Shown in pieces: positions 29,733 through 38,337 of a DNA stretch of 64,000 bases. The DNA lies in IMG/VR virus record IMGVR_UViG_3300032753_000007, positions 1 through 64,000 of that record, one strand, 5' to 3'. A program made the position numbers and the translations under genes. The first letter of the stretch is position 1, and each line of letters starts with the position of its first letter. The notes below the pieces were generated by a model, which was not told where the DNA came from, did no database searches, and worked only from the letters and a program-made list of their open reading frames with translations. The DNA comes from a virus.

Positions 29733-32189
29733 ATGAAAATCTTATCGGTATATTTACGAGGATTTAAACCATTAGCATTACGAAATATCAATGAAATCAC
29801 TATTGATTTTACAGAACAAGTCACTTTAGTATTAGGTAGAAATGGTTGTGGTAAATCATCATTATTAAGAGAATCTACACCATTGCCTGCTGTCATGGAA
29901 GACTATTATGAAAATGGTGAAAAACGAATTACATTAGAGCATAATGGCCATCACTATGAACTAGTAACTGTATTAAAGAAATCAGCTAAACACAGTTTCT
30001 ATAAAAATGGCATTGCTTTATTAGAACACGGCATTACCAGTACACAACAAGCTTTAGTAGAAAGCGAATTAAACTATACTGATTTAATACATAAACTATT
30101 AATTGGTAAACTAACATTTACTACTATGTCAGTTGGTATGCGTCGTGATATATTAACAATGATTTCACCTTTAGATTTAAATTATGCTATTGAATTACAT
30201 AATAAAATTAAAGTACAAATTAGAGATAATCAAGCTATTATAAAACACCTTAATAGTAAACGTGGTGAAATAGAGCATAAGTTAAAAGACCTTAATCAAT
30301 ATAAGTATATTGAAGAGCAAAAAACTAAATTAGAAAATGAACTATCAGTAGTCATGCCATTTGCTTTATTAAAGTCATTACCTAGTCATCAGATACAAAA
30401 AAACATTAATGAAAGTCAACACTCATTAATGAGTTTACATAAACAACTACATAAAGAAGATGGATTATCAGTGCCTACTCGAGGTATTAATAATGTTACT
30501 GACTTAACAACTTACATTGGTCAATGCAATGGTGAATTAAACGCACTACAATCACGTATAAACGATCTTTATACAGAACTTGATGGATTAGTAGGGGTAA
30601 CACAATCGCTCTCTAATAATCATTTATCTACAACTGATATAGAAAGCTATATAGCACAATGTGATGCTATTATTAACGATTTTGTTGCTATGCAAATGCC
30701 TAATGTTGATGGTAATCTATCACTCTATAGTGACCAGTTAATTACACTTTATGATAGTTTTATTTCATTAGATGACATGTTATCTAAAACACATTACTTT
30801 ACAGTAAATGAAATTAAAGACATTAATCATGCTTATAATAAAATAAGTACGTTACAAGCACATGCTATTAATGAATTAGATAGCATAAAAGAAAAAGGTA
30901 ATCATTATAAGAATAATCATAGTGCTATTGAATGTCATCAATGTAAAACTAAATTAACATTAGAAGGGCAATCAGTTGAATTAGTCATTAATGATTTACG
31001 TAATAAAGCAACTGATTTAATTAAACAAATTAAATCATATAAAGAACAATTAGACATACTCACACCACAAGTAGAACATATCCAATTATTTAACCAAGTC
31101 ACTAATAGTCTTATTACATTAAAAAATAACATTACATTACCGAGTTTATTTTGGAATGAATTTACAATAGAGTCAATATTACAATATCCATCACTATTTT
31201 CTACGCATATTGTAAGATGGCAAAAAATAATTGAACAAACAAAAATAAAAAATAAAGCATTAGCTGATAGAGAAACTTATAAAGATGCATTATCAGCTTA
31301 TCAAAAATGTGGTGGTAGTGTTAGTATTCATATTGAAAAACAAAATAAGCTATTAGATCGTTTATTATTAAAACAACAAATTATTAAAAAAGATTTAGTC
31401 ATTTGTCAACATGTATTAAAACAATATATGCATTATACAGAAATGCATGATAAACATATTCAGTTATCAAGCTATATAGACATTCAATATAAATCGTTAA
31501 TTAATGCTTATATAAAAGAAGATGCTGAAGAAAAACGATCTAAGCTTTACCAAACATTATCAGATATTAACAATATCGTTACTAAAAAAGAAACATTAAC
31601 TAATGCACTTAATGAACTCAATAAAGAATACCATGCATTGTGTGGTAATCAAGAATGTTTATTACTATTAGAAAAAGAACTATCACCTAAAACAGGCATT
31701 GTAGCTGAACAAATGTTAGCGTTTATTACTAGTTATGTTGAACAGCTTACTGATATTTGTTCTCAGGTTTTTACTTATGATTTAACTATTAATCCTTGTA
31801 ATATGGATAATGGTAAGTTGGATTATACATTTAGTGTATTAGTAAAAGATGCTTTAGTAAAAGACATAAATATTCTTAGTTCAGGTCAAGCTGAAGTTGT
31901 TAATTTAGCGTTTATGCTAGTGCTTAGACAATATTTAAATCTAATGGATTATCCTTTATATTTAGATGAAATTGGTATTCATTTTGATTCACAGCATCGC
32001 AATAATCTTTCATTGTATATTAAACAAATATTACAAGAAGGTTGTTGTAGTCAGTTGTTTATTATAGAGCACTATACGCATGTACAAAACTTTTTACCTA
32101 ATCATGATACTATTGTGTTAGATGCTACTAACATTACTGTACCCGATAATTATAATCAACATACCACCATTAAAACAGGAGTAGATTAA
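29733..32189 (+). CDS. sbcC: SbcC/Rad50-like SMC ATPase (phiKZ gp165-like)
   Basis: Walker A 'GRNGCGKS', coiled coils, zinc hook 'CHQC', signature 'LSSGQ', Walker B 'LYLDE', H-loop 'IIEH'. Confidence 0.9.
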   Translation: MKILSVYLRGFKPLALRNINEITIDFTEQVTLVLGRNGCGKSSLLRESTPLPAVMEDYYENGEKRITLEHNGHHYELVTVLKKSAKHSFYKNGIALLEHGITSTQQALVESELNYTDLIHKLLIGKLTFTTMSVGMRRDILTMISPLDLNYAIELHNKIKVQIRDNQAIIKHLNSKRGEIEHKLKDLNQYKYIEEQKTKLENELSVVMPFALLKSLPSHQIQKNINESQHSLMSLHKQLHKEDGLSVPTRGINNVTDLTTYIGQCNGELNALQSRINDLYTELDGLVGVTQSLSNNHLSTTDIESYIAQCDAIINDFVAMQMPNVDGNLSLYSDQLITLYDSFISLDDMLSKTHYFTVNEIKDINHAYNKISTLQAHAINELDSIKEKGNHYKNNHSAIECHQCKTKLTLEGQSVELVINDLRNKATDLIKQIKSYKEQLDILTPQVEHIQLFNQVTNSLITLKNNITLPSLFWNEFTIESILQYPSLFSTHIVRWQKIIEQTKIKNKALADRETYKDALSAYQKCGGSVSIHIEKQNKLLDRLLLKQQIIKKDLVICQHVLKQYMHYTEMHDKHIQLSSYIDIQYKSLINAYIKEDAEEKRSKLYQTLSDINNIVTKKETLTNALNELNKEYHALCGNQECLLLLEKELSPKTGIVAEQMLAFITSYVEQLTDICSQVFTYDLTINPCNMDNGKLDYTFSVLVKDALVKDINILSSGQAEVVNLAFMLVLRQYLNLMDYPLYLDEIGIHFDSQHRNNLSLYIKQILQEGCCSQLFIIEHYTHVQNFLPNHDTIVLDATNITVPDNYNQHTTIKTGVD

Positions 32190-33022
32190 TGACACCTAAT
32201 AGTAACTTAGTATCAGTAGGCATTGGTACTGTAGCACAAGATAAAAATGATAATAGTCGGTTTATATCTGTTTATTTATCAGAACAACATCCTTTTTATG
32301 AAGGTGATGTAACGAATGATGTTGCTGAAATAGAAAGAACGGTTATAGATGAACATGGCAATAGTACTAAACTAAATCTCTATAAAACAATGGCTGTTAA
32401 AGCTGATTGGTTAGAAGATGAAAGTAATAGAGAAACAGCACCCCATGTAAAAAAAGGTGAATCCGTTAATGTATTTGAAAAGAAAGATACAAGTGAATAC
32501 TATTGGCAGCCTCGTAAAAAGAATAACCCTACGCGTAGAGCTGAAGCCGTTACGTTTGCATGGAGTGCTGCTAGTCAAAGTAATGACATAGATATTCCTA
32601 AAACAGCAGATAATCATTATAGCGCTACTGTTGATGGTATTAATGGCCATATTACCATTACTACATCGAAAGATAATGGTGAAGTAGCTAAATACACTAT
32701 ACAAGTACAAGGTAAACAAGGACATGTTACTGTAGCAGATGATTTAGGTAATCTGATTCAACTAAACTCATCTACAAAAACAATTACATTATCTAATGGT
32801 GATAATACTTATGTTCAATTATCTGGCCCTAATATACTAGCAAATGCAAATGAAACTATTTTATTAAAAGCAAATAATATTGTATTGGACAGTAGTACCG
32901 TATCTATAACAGGTACAACACAAACTAACAATAACGTTAATGTAACCGGTGATGTTAGTGTAAGCGGTACTACTACAACAAATACAATTAATGCTTCGAC
33001 TTATATAGGGGATAATGATTAA
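32189..33022 (+). CDS. Baseplate central spike/puncturing protein (phiKZ gp164-like)
   Basis: OB-like N-terminus 'TAPHVKKGESV', beta-helical C-terminus 'VNVTGDVSVSGT'; adjacent to SbcC. Confidence 0.7.
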   Translation: MTPNSNLVSVGIGTVAQDKNDNSRFISVYLSEQHPFYEGDVTNDVAEIERTVIDEHGNSTKLNLYKTMAVKADWLEDESNRETAPHVKKGESVNVFEKKDTSEYYWQPRKKNNPTRRAEAVTFAWSAASQSNDIDIPKTADNHYSATVDGINGHITITTSKDNGEVAKYTIQVQGKQGHVTVADDLGNLIQLNSSTKTITLSNGDNTYVQLSGPNILANANETILLKANNIVLDSSTVSITGTTQTNNNVNVTGDVSVSGTTTTNTINASTYIGDND

Positions 33023-33483
33023 TGAGTACTAAAGTGATAGATAAAGAAATAGTAAGCTATAGTATTAAAAAAACAGAAGAGTTGACATTATCTGCTAAGC
33101 CTATTGTTCCTGAAGAACGTCCTGAATTATTAGAAGGCGTTACTTATAAGTTTAAAGCATTAGAGTTTGCTTATTATGTTACTATTAATGACATGGTACT
33201 AGAGAATGAAGATGGTAGTAAAACATATATTCCTTATGAAATATTTTTAAATAGTAAAAATGTAGAACACTATCATTGGATAGTGTGTACGATGCGAATT
33301 ATTTCTTTATACTTTAAAGCTAATGGCGATATAGTTAAATTAATTAGCGAATTAAAAGAAACACACGATGCTAGTGGTGGTTATTTTAAGAAAGGTGGAG
33401 GCAGAATGCCATCTGTTGTAGCTGAGTTAGGGTTTGTATTAGAAAAACACATTAATCGTTTTAAATCTGGAGATAAAAAATGA
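33022..33483 (+). CDS. nrdJb: NrdJb-like/TSCPD-type subunit of a split class II ribonucleotide reductase
   Basis: 'ERPELLEGVTYK...YVTIND...PYEIFLNSKNVEHYHWIV...ELK..HD..GGYFKKGG..MPSVVAELG' closely follows proteobacterial NrdJb. Confidence 0.8.
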   Translation: MSTKVIDKEIVSYSIKKTEELTLSAKPIVPEERPELLEGVTYKFKALEFAYYVTINDMVLENEDGSKTYIPYEIFLNSKNVEHYHWIVCTMRIISLYFKANGDIVKLISELKETHDASGGYFKKGGGRMPSVVAELGFVLEKHINRFKSGDKK

Positions 33484-33866
33484 ACATCAATCAAATCGAT
33501 CAAGTGCCTGTAGCAGTGTTGCCTAGCATATTGCCTTTAATAACTGCTGCTATTAAGTCAGATATGTTCATTAAATTATCTATTATTGATAATGAGTTAG
33601 ATAGCTTTGAATTAAAATCTAAAGAAACAGGAAAATGCCTTTATATGGATCCATTAAAGTTTTTAAATGGTGAAACACATGCAGAAGCTTTAATACCTAC
33701 ACCACGTAATATTCCTGAACATAATCCACATGCCGTATATCAACCAAACATTAATGTAAGAAAGTGGGATACTGAAGGACTAAAAATCAGTGATTATCCA
33801 CCTGGTGCATCGCCCAGTGTATCTACTGTAGCTACTAATAACTTTCCAATATCACGCGCATACTAG
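33480..33866 (+). CDS. Hypothetical protein
   Basis: 128 aa, GGAG RBS, ATGA overlap. Confidence 0.6.
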   Translation: MNINQIDQVPVAVLPSILPLITAAIKSDMFIKLSIIDNELDSFELKSKETGKCLYMDPLKFLNGETHAEALIPTPRNIPEHNPHAVYQPNINVRKWDTEGLKISDYPPGASPSVSTVATNNFPISRAY

Positions 33867-33884
33867 CATAGTAACGCAGTTTAT

Positions 33885-33927
33885 AAATTCAAATAATTTT
33901 AATATAGATATAGTTTACATGAATAAA
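33885..33927 (+). promoter_or_regulatory. Putative early promoter, copy 2
   Basis: AAATTCAAATAATTTTAATATAGATATAGTTTACATGAATAAA. Confidence 0.75.
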
Positions 33928-33970
33928 GAATAATCTTTATTAACGTATCGTTACGTTTTAACGAATTAAA

Positions 33971-33989
33971 TCCCTGATGAAGGGAAGGA
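33971..33989 (+). promoter_or_regulatory. GAUGA-pentaloop hairpin abutting SD, copy 3
   Basis: tccct-GATGA-aggga-agga, ATG at 33996. Confidence 0.8.
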
Positions 33990-33995
33990 AATAAC

Positions 33996-34331
33996 ATGAA
34001 AACTTTATATATCTGTAATGCCTTTTCTCTTCAAATGCTTGCGTTTGAAGAGAACATGATACGGGTAACCCCCGTACCATCTCCAGCCGCATGGTTGGAG
34101 AATGTCGAACCATTGTTCGACATTCTCCACTCTGCCGTCGGCCATGCCGACACAGCTGCTATATTTTCTTCCGTATTAAATATGGAAGTAAAAGAAAACA
34201 GGACTTCAATATCGATGTCGAAAGACATAGAGCTATTGGTGGGCCAGTACAGCGGCCCACGCTTGCCAGAGGGGGCAACAACGCTCCCTCAGGGAGCAAC
34301 AATTAAGTGGTTCCATGTTAAGCTAGTATAA
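33996..34331 (+). CDS. acrIII-1: AcrIII-1 / DUF1874 (STIV B116-like) cyclic tetra-adenylate ring nuclease, anti-type III CRISPR
   Basis: Family motifs occur in order: 'Y..NAFSLQML', 'SAVGHADT' (catalytic GH), 'NR..I', 'Q...PRLPEG..L'; 111 aa. Confidence 0.88.
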   Translation: MKTLYICNAFSLQMLAFEENMIRVTPVPSPAAWLENVEPLFDILHSAVGHADTAAIFSSVLNMEVKENRTSISMSKDIELLVGQYSGPRLPEGATTLPQGATIKWFHVKLV

Positions 34332-34349
34332 GCTAGCTTAACATGGTTA

Positions 34350-34410
34350 GCTAGGCATCAGTGATTAATCACTGATGCCTAGCCACTTTTCTTTTTTCTA
34401 TTTTTTTTTT
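34350..34410 (+). terminator. Intrinsic terminator of cassette 2
   Basis: gctaggcatcagtgat-ta-atcactgatgcctagc followed by T-runs; preceded by a 14-bp hairpin at 34313-34346. Confidence 0.85.
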
Positions 34411-34542
34411 CATTTACATTATATAACTATATTATTACTAAGGTAAATAACATATCTATTAAGTTTAGGAGTATAAATAATGGATACGTTTTCAAAACCT
34501 AATACCAAAGAAATCATATAATGCAGTATATCACAATAAGGA

Positions 34543-35181
34543 ATGAGTATAATGAATTTTAATTCTCAACAAGCAAAAAATAACACAATAATACATAAAC
34601 CATATACGTCTTTGTATTTAAATCAGTTATTAGCAGATAATAAGTTAATACTTAATTCGCGTAGTGAAGAAGTATTCTTCCCGTTAGAGATTGCACCTGC
34701 TAACGCATCAGTTAAAATTCCATGTCTTTATGATAAATCTATTTGTAAAAATAAACCAATATCTTCTAAATGGTTTTATAAAATGGAAGATCTGTTTAAT
34801 GATTTATTAGATGAAGAAAACTGGGATTGGGGTTTACCTTATCCTACATTAAATGCGTTTCAAGCTTTCTTTAACGTGCTGAATGATTTAGACCCACCAC
34901 GTAAACCAACTATTGGCGTTACATCTGATAGTGCGTTAACAATGTATTGGATTAATACAAGAGCTACTGTAGTCATTAAATTAAAAGACATCGATAATAT
35001 AACTATGCGGTTTAAAGTAACTAATGATGATTTAGTAGAGCTAACATCCGATTACATTAATAAAGCAGAATCATTTAAATGGATTTTTGAAATTCATAAT
35101 TTAAATGATGTATTACTGGATATTAAAATAAAGTATAATATTATACCTAATGTTTTTAAAATTGACGGTTTAATTAATTAA
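34543..35181 (+). CDS. Hypothetical protein
   Basis: 212-aa ORF. Confidence 0.6.
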   Translation: MSIMNFNSQQAKNNTIIHKPYTSLYLNQLLADNKLILNSRSEEVFFPLEIAPANASVKIPCLYDKSICKNKPISSKWFYKMEDLFNDLLDEENWDWGLPYPTLNAFQAFFNVLNDLDPPRKPTIGVTSDSALTMYWINTRATVVIKLKDIDNITMRFKVTNDDLVELTSDYINKAESFKWIFEIHNLNDVLLDIKIKYNIIPNVFKIDGLIN

Positions 35182-35193
35182 AGGAAATCAGTT

Positions 35194-35376
35194 ATGTCTA
35201 TTAAAGAAATACTTAAACTATTTGTTTATACATTAACACTATTTATTGCTGTTAATGTTTTGTTTTATATTCAATTAGCAACAGTTGATGCAGAAACACT
35301 TATTATATCAAGTATAGTTTGTGATTTGTATTTTTTAATCGTTTATCTTTATCGAGTGAGATTTCTATGGAAATGA
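35194..35376 (+). CDS. Small membrane protein (2 TM)
   Basis: 60 aa, two hydrophobic segments, AAGGA RBS. Confidence 0.55.
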   Translation: MSIKEILKLFVYTLTLFIAVNVLFYIQLATVDAETLIISSIVCDLYFLIVYLYRVRFLWK

Positions 35377-35492
35377 TTAGGTATGTAAGATTTTGTATGA
35401 TCCCTATAGTAATTGGCATAATCGCATTTTTGATTATTACTTGGGATGGATGGAGTGATGACAATGGCGACGATTACAAGCATGATATATAA
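35373..35492 (+). CDS. 39-aa single-TM peptide with acidic tail
   Basis: ATGA overlap; MIRYVRFCMIPIVIGIIAFLIITWDGWSDDNGDDYKHDI*; fills the gap before DHFR. Confidence 0.5.
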   Translation: MIRYVRFCMIPIVIGIIAFLIITWDGWSDDNGDDYKHDI

Positions 35493-35504
35493 GGAAAACA
35501 GATT

Positions 35505-36335
35505 ATGAAAAAAATAGCATTAGTAATAGCCGCTACTGAAGATCATTTGATTGGATTAGATGGCAAAATACCCTGGCACATTACAAAAGACCTACAGCGA
35601 TTTAAACACGTCACTATGGGCGGTGTCGTTATCATGGGCAATAATACCTGGAAGTCATTAAACTGCAAGCCATTACCAGGTAGAATTAATATTGTTATTA
35701 CACATGAAGATAATCTATTGCCTATACCTGAAGTACCACAAACAGATGTAGCGTATAGATTTATGTTTAATTCAGATACACCTACACCTGAAGCCTTATT
35801 AAACTTACCACAATTTAATGATTATAAACTATTTATTATTGGCGGCGCTAGCCTATATAGTAAATTCTTTAAATACTGTAATGAAATACATTACACTCAT
35901 ATCCATGATATATTAGGTACTGAAATAGATCCTGAACATAAAGGCGTTTATTATGAGTTACCTGAAATACATGAAGATGAATGGACTCAAGCTATTGTAA
36001 GTGACTATACTGATCACTCCTACGAACTCTTTATAAAAGCCAAAACACCTGATACACTTGAAGAAGCGTGGAATAGGTTTTATGATATTTTAATATCTAA
36101 TAAGGATAACTACGATGAGCGTTTTGTAAAGGCCGTTAAAACGACCTATATGAAAGGTGCATTAGATGCATTACAGATTTATTCATTAATGATAATGGAT
36201 GGTAAATGTGATTGTCCATCAACTATAACTGAAAAATTAGTTGGTCCTATCACAGTAACACTGGGTGTCGATAAATTTATTGGGTTATTGACTAAGCTGA
36301 TTATGGAACCAACTGCAGAGAATGAAAATGAGTGA
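35505..36335 (+). CDS. folA: Dihydrofolate reductase with C-terminal extension
   Basis: 'IGLDGKIPWHITKDLQRFK..TMG..VIMGNNTWKSL..KPLPGRINIVIT...IIGGASLY'. Confidence 0.92.
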   Translation: MKKIALVIAATEDHLIGLDGKIPWHITKDLQRFKHVTMGGVVIMGNNTWKSLNCKPLPGRINIVITHEDNLLPIPEVPQTDVAYRFMFNSDTPTPEALLNLPQFNDYKLFIIGGASLYSKFFKYCNEIHYTHIHDILGTEIDPEHKGVYYELPEIHEDEWTQAIVSDYTDHSYELFIKAKTPDTLEEAWNRFYDILISNKDNYDERFVKAVKTTYMKGALDALQIYSLMIMDGKCDCPSTITEKLVGPITVTLGVDKFIGLLTKLIMEPTAENENE

Positions 36336-36383
36336 TGATAAATTACCAAATACTCTTATACCCATTCCAAAGAGAAAAAAATA

Positions 36384-36737
36384 ATGAATGACGATTACTT
36401 TATTTCAAAGAAAGCAAAACTTTTATTTATCTTGTTTAATACATCAGGTAAACTACGAAGAGAATTGTTAGGTGTAACTTATACTACGTATATAACTGTA
36501 GCTTCAGCTAAGCTGTGGTACGATGGTACACTTGCTGTATTAGAGTGTCCAACCACATTAAATGAAAATGAATGCGATAGTGAGGCAATGCTTTCAGCTA
36601 AACTACAATTAGCACGTGTATGTGAGGATGAGGGCGTTTATCATCCTGAAGTCATTTCGTCAGCAAAATCCATATTACGTTGGATTTATAAAGAAGAAAT
36701 TTTAACCTATCATCAATCTTACTTACAAACAAAATAA
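36384..36737 (+). CDS. Hypothetical protein
   Basis: 117-aa ORF in an operon. Confidence 0.6.
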   Translation: MNDDYFISKKAKLLFILFNTSGKLRRELLGVTYTTYITVASAKLWYDGTLAVLECPTTLNENECDSEAMLSAKLQLARVCEDEGVYHPEVISSAKSILRWIYKEEILTYHQSYLQTK

Positions 36738-37009
36738 TGACATTAGTTATTCAAGAAAAATACTTCTCATTTGAAACAGAAACCATTAAAGAAAAAATAG
36801 AACGATTAACAGTACATCGCAATAACCTCATGGAGCAATATGGCAATACTGCTGCAAGTGAACGAGAGAAATGCGTGTTATTAGAATTTGATAAAGATAT
36901 TAAAAGACTCAAAACACAATTGAGTCCTAAAAATGCTGCTAAAGAAAAAATAGAAAAGGAAGAAATTGATAAAAAGAATTGGGGATATTTAGGTAAAGTA
37001 CATGGTTAA
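36737..37009 (+). CDS. Hypothetical protein (helical, charged)
   Basis: 90 aa, TAATG coupling. Confidence 0.6.
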   Translation: MTLVIQEKYFSFETETIKEKIERLTVHRNNLMEQYGNTAASEREKCVLLEFDKDIKRLKTQLSPKNAAKEKIEKEEIDKKNWGYLGKVHG

Positions 37010-37169
37010 AAAAGATATTGTTCTTGGCGGAACAAGATATAATGTTACATATGAGCAAAAAGAAAATGAAATCATAATTCATTCTTTAATTGCTGGTGAT
37101 AAACCCATGTCAGTAAATCTTTGTATGCCTAGCGTATTAGCGTTAATTAAAAAGAAGTTAACAGAATAA
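37002..37169 (+). CDS. 55-aa hypothetical protein (not in ORF track)
   Basis: AGGT RBS; MVKKDIVLGGTRYNVTYEQKENEIIIHSL...KKKLTE*; ends just before a hairpin. Confidence 0.55.
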   Translation: MVKKDIVLGGTRYNVTYEQKENEIIIHSLIAGDKPMSVNLCMPSVLALIKKKLTE

Positions 37170-37177
37170 ACTAACCA

Positions 37178-37209
37178 CTATACTAGATGTCATATGACAT
37201 CTAGTATAG
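37178..37209. repeat. 32-bp perfect palindrome
   Basis: ctatactagatgtca-ta-tgacatctagtatag. Confidence 0.75.
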
Positions 37210-37229
37210 CCTTATTATAGGATAATCAA

Positions 37230-37553
37230 ATGAAATTTATAGATATAATAAATCATTCAGTACCAAAACATAATCTAATTGATGTAGTGCATCATTCTTG
37301 GATAATGTGCTTTGGTCATAAAACATCAAGTAATAATGACTTTTGGTTTCCCTATCAAGGTTATGGCCCAAAAAGAATGCGTATACCTATTAGGTGTTTA
37401 TCTATTGATAATGATTGGACAAAAGTTTATAAGCGTTCAAGAAAACCGTTTTGTGATATAGTCGCAAAACGATATTATAATAAGCCTGTAGCTATATCAG
37501 GTAAGTGGATTAGTAAAAAAGAAAAAGCTAAACCATGGGGCTATATTAGATGA
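37230..37553 (+). CDS. Basic hypothetical protein
   Basis: 107 aa, AGGA RBS, K/R/W-rich. Confidence 0.55.
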   Translation: MKFIDIINHSVPKHNLIDVVHHSWIMCFGHKTSSNNDFWFPYQGYGPKRMRIPIRCLSIDNDWTKVYKRSRKPFCDIVAKRYYNKPVAISGKWISKKEKAKPWGYIR

Positions 37554-37882
37554 GCTATATTAATAATTGGCTATATCACCATTTGCGTGATATTCAGTTT
37601 AATAAGATACTAAAGATTAATAAAAAACGCCCTAGAGTAGAAAAGAGAATGAGGAAAAGAATTAAACCTACTAAAACTAAACTATTTATTAATGTAACCT
37701 ATCGATCTTATCCTCTTATAAGGTGGTATAAAGAGCTATTAAGAGAAGAGATAGATGATATTATTTTTAATAAACAAAGACTATGGATTAAAGATAGTAT
37801 TAGAGAGCGCTATAACTGGTACAGTGGGTTACGTGCTAGAGTGATTGCTTGTAAAAATAAGGATTTTTATAAATTCAAATAA
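37550..37882 (+). CDS. Highly basic hypothetical protein
   Basis: 110 aa; 'KINKKRPRVEKRMRKRIKPTK'; its stop codon lies inside promoter copy 3. Confidence 0.55.
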   Translation: MSYINNWLYHHLRDIQFNKILKINKKRPRVEKRMRKRIKPTKTKLFINVTYRSYPLIRWYKELLREEIDDIIFNKQRLWIKDSIRERYNWYSGLRARVIACKNKDFYKFK

Positions 37883-37913
37883 TTTTCATATATATATAGT
37901 TTATATGAATAAA
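37871..37913 (+). promoter_or_regulatory. Putative early promoter, copy 3
   Basis: AAATTCAAATAATTTTCATATATATATAGTTTATATGAATAAA. Confidence 0.75.
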
Positions 37914-37957
37914 GAATAATCTTTATTTAGTTAACGTTAACTATTAACGCATTCATA

Positions 37958-37978
37958 TGCTGCGATGAGCAGCAAGGA
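37958..37978 (+). promoter_or_regulatory. GAUGA-pentaloop hairpin abutting SD, copy 4
   Basis: tgctgc-GATGA-gcagca-agga, ATG at 37988. Confidence 0.8.
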
Positions 37979-37987
37979 TATACGATC

Positions 37988-38326
37988 ATGAACAAGTTCA
38001 ATAAATTTGCCACTGACTTTTCAACAGGTTTCAAAGTGGGTTATCAAAACCCTCATCGCCTGCCAATGTATTGGGGAATGCTGAAGCTGCATTGGTACGC
38101 AGCTTTTATTAAAGCCTCATATGAGGCTAAACACTCAATTGAAAAACAAAAAGTCCCCCAGTGGGCACTGGGGATCGTGCACCGCGCTTGCGCGGTGCAC
38201 GATAAAAGAATCAACTGGGCTACCAAAAAATTTAATGGAATAGTCTTAGATGGTTGGATGGACTTCGGCTTAGAAGCGCTTAAAGCGCATCTAAGCAGAC
38301 AGATAAGGAGAGCCGAAAGAGGCTAA
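37988..38326 (+). CDS. Hypothetical early protein
   Basis: 112 aa with its own promoter and terminator; hairpin-dense CDS. Confidence 0.7.
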   Translation: MNKFNKFATDFSTGFKVGYQNPHRLPMYWGMLKLHWYAAFIKASYEAKHSIEKQKVPQWALGIVHRACAVHDKRINWATKKFNGIVLDGWMDFGLEALKAHLSRQIRRAERG

Positions 38327-38337
38327 CCTTACGTCGG

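Noticed and set aside
34480-34542. Strong RBS and ATG at 34480 as a read-through start for 34543..35181
   Set aside because: Two in-frame TAA stops intervene; at most a 13-aa leader, with no supporting evidence.
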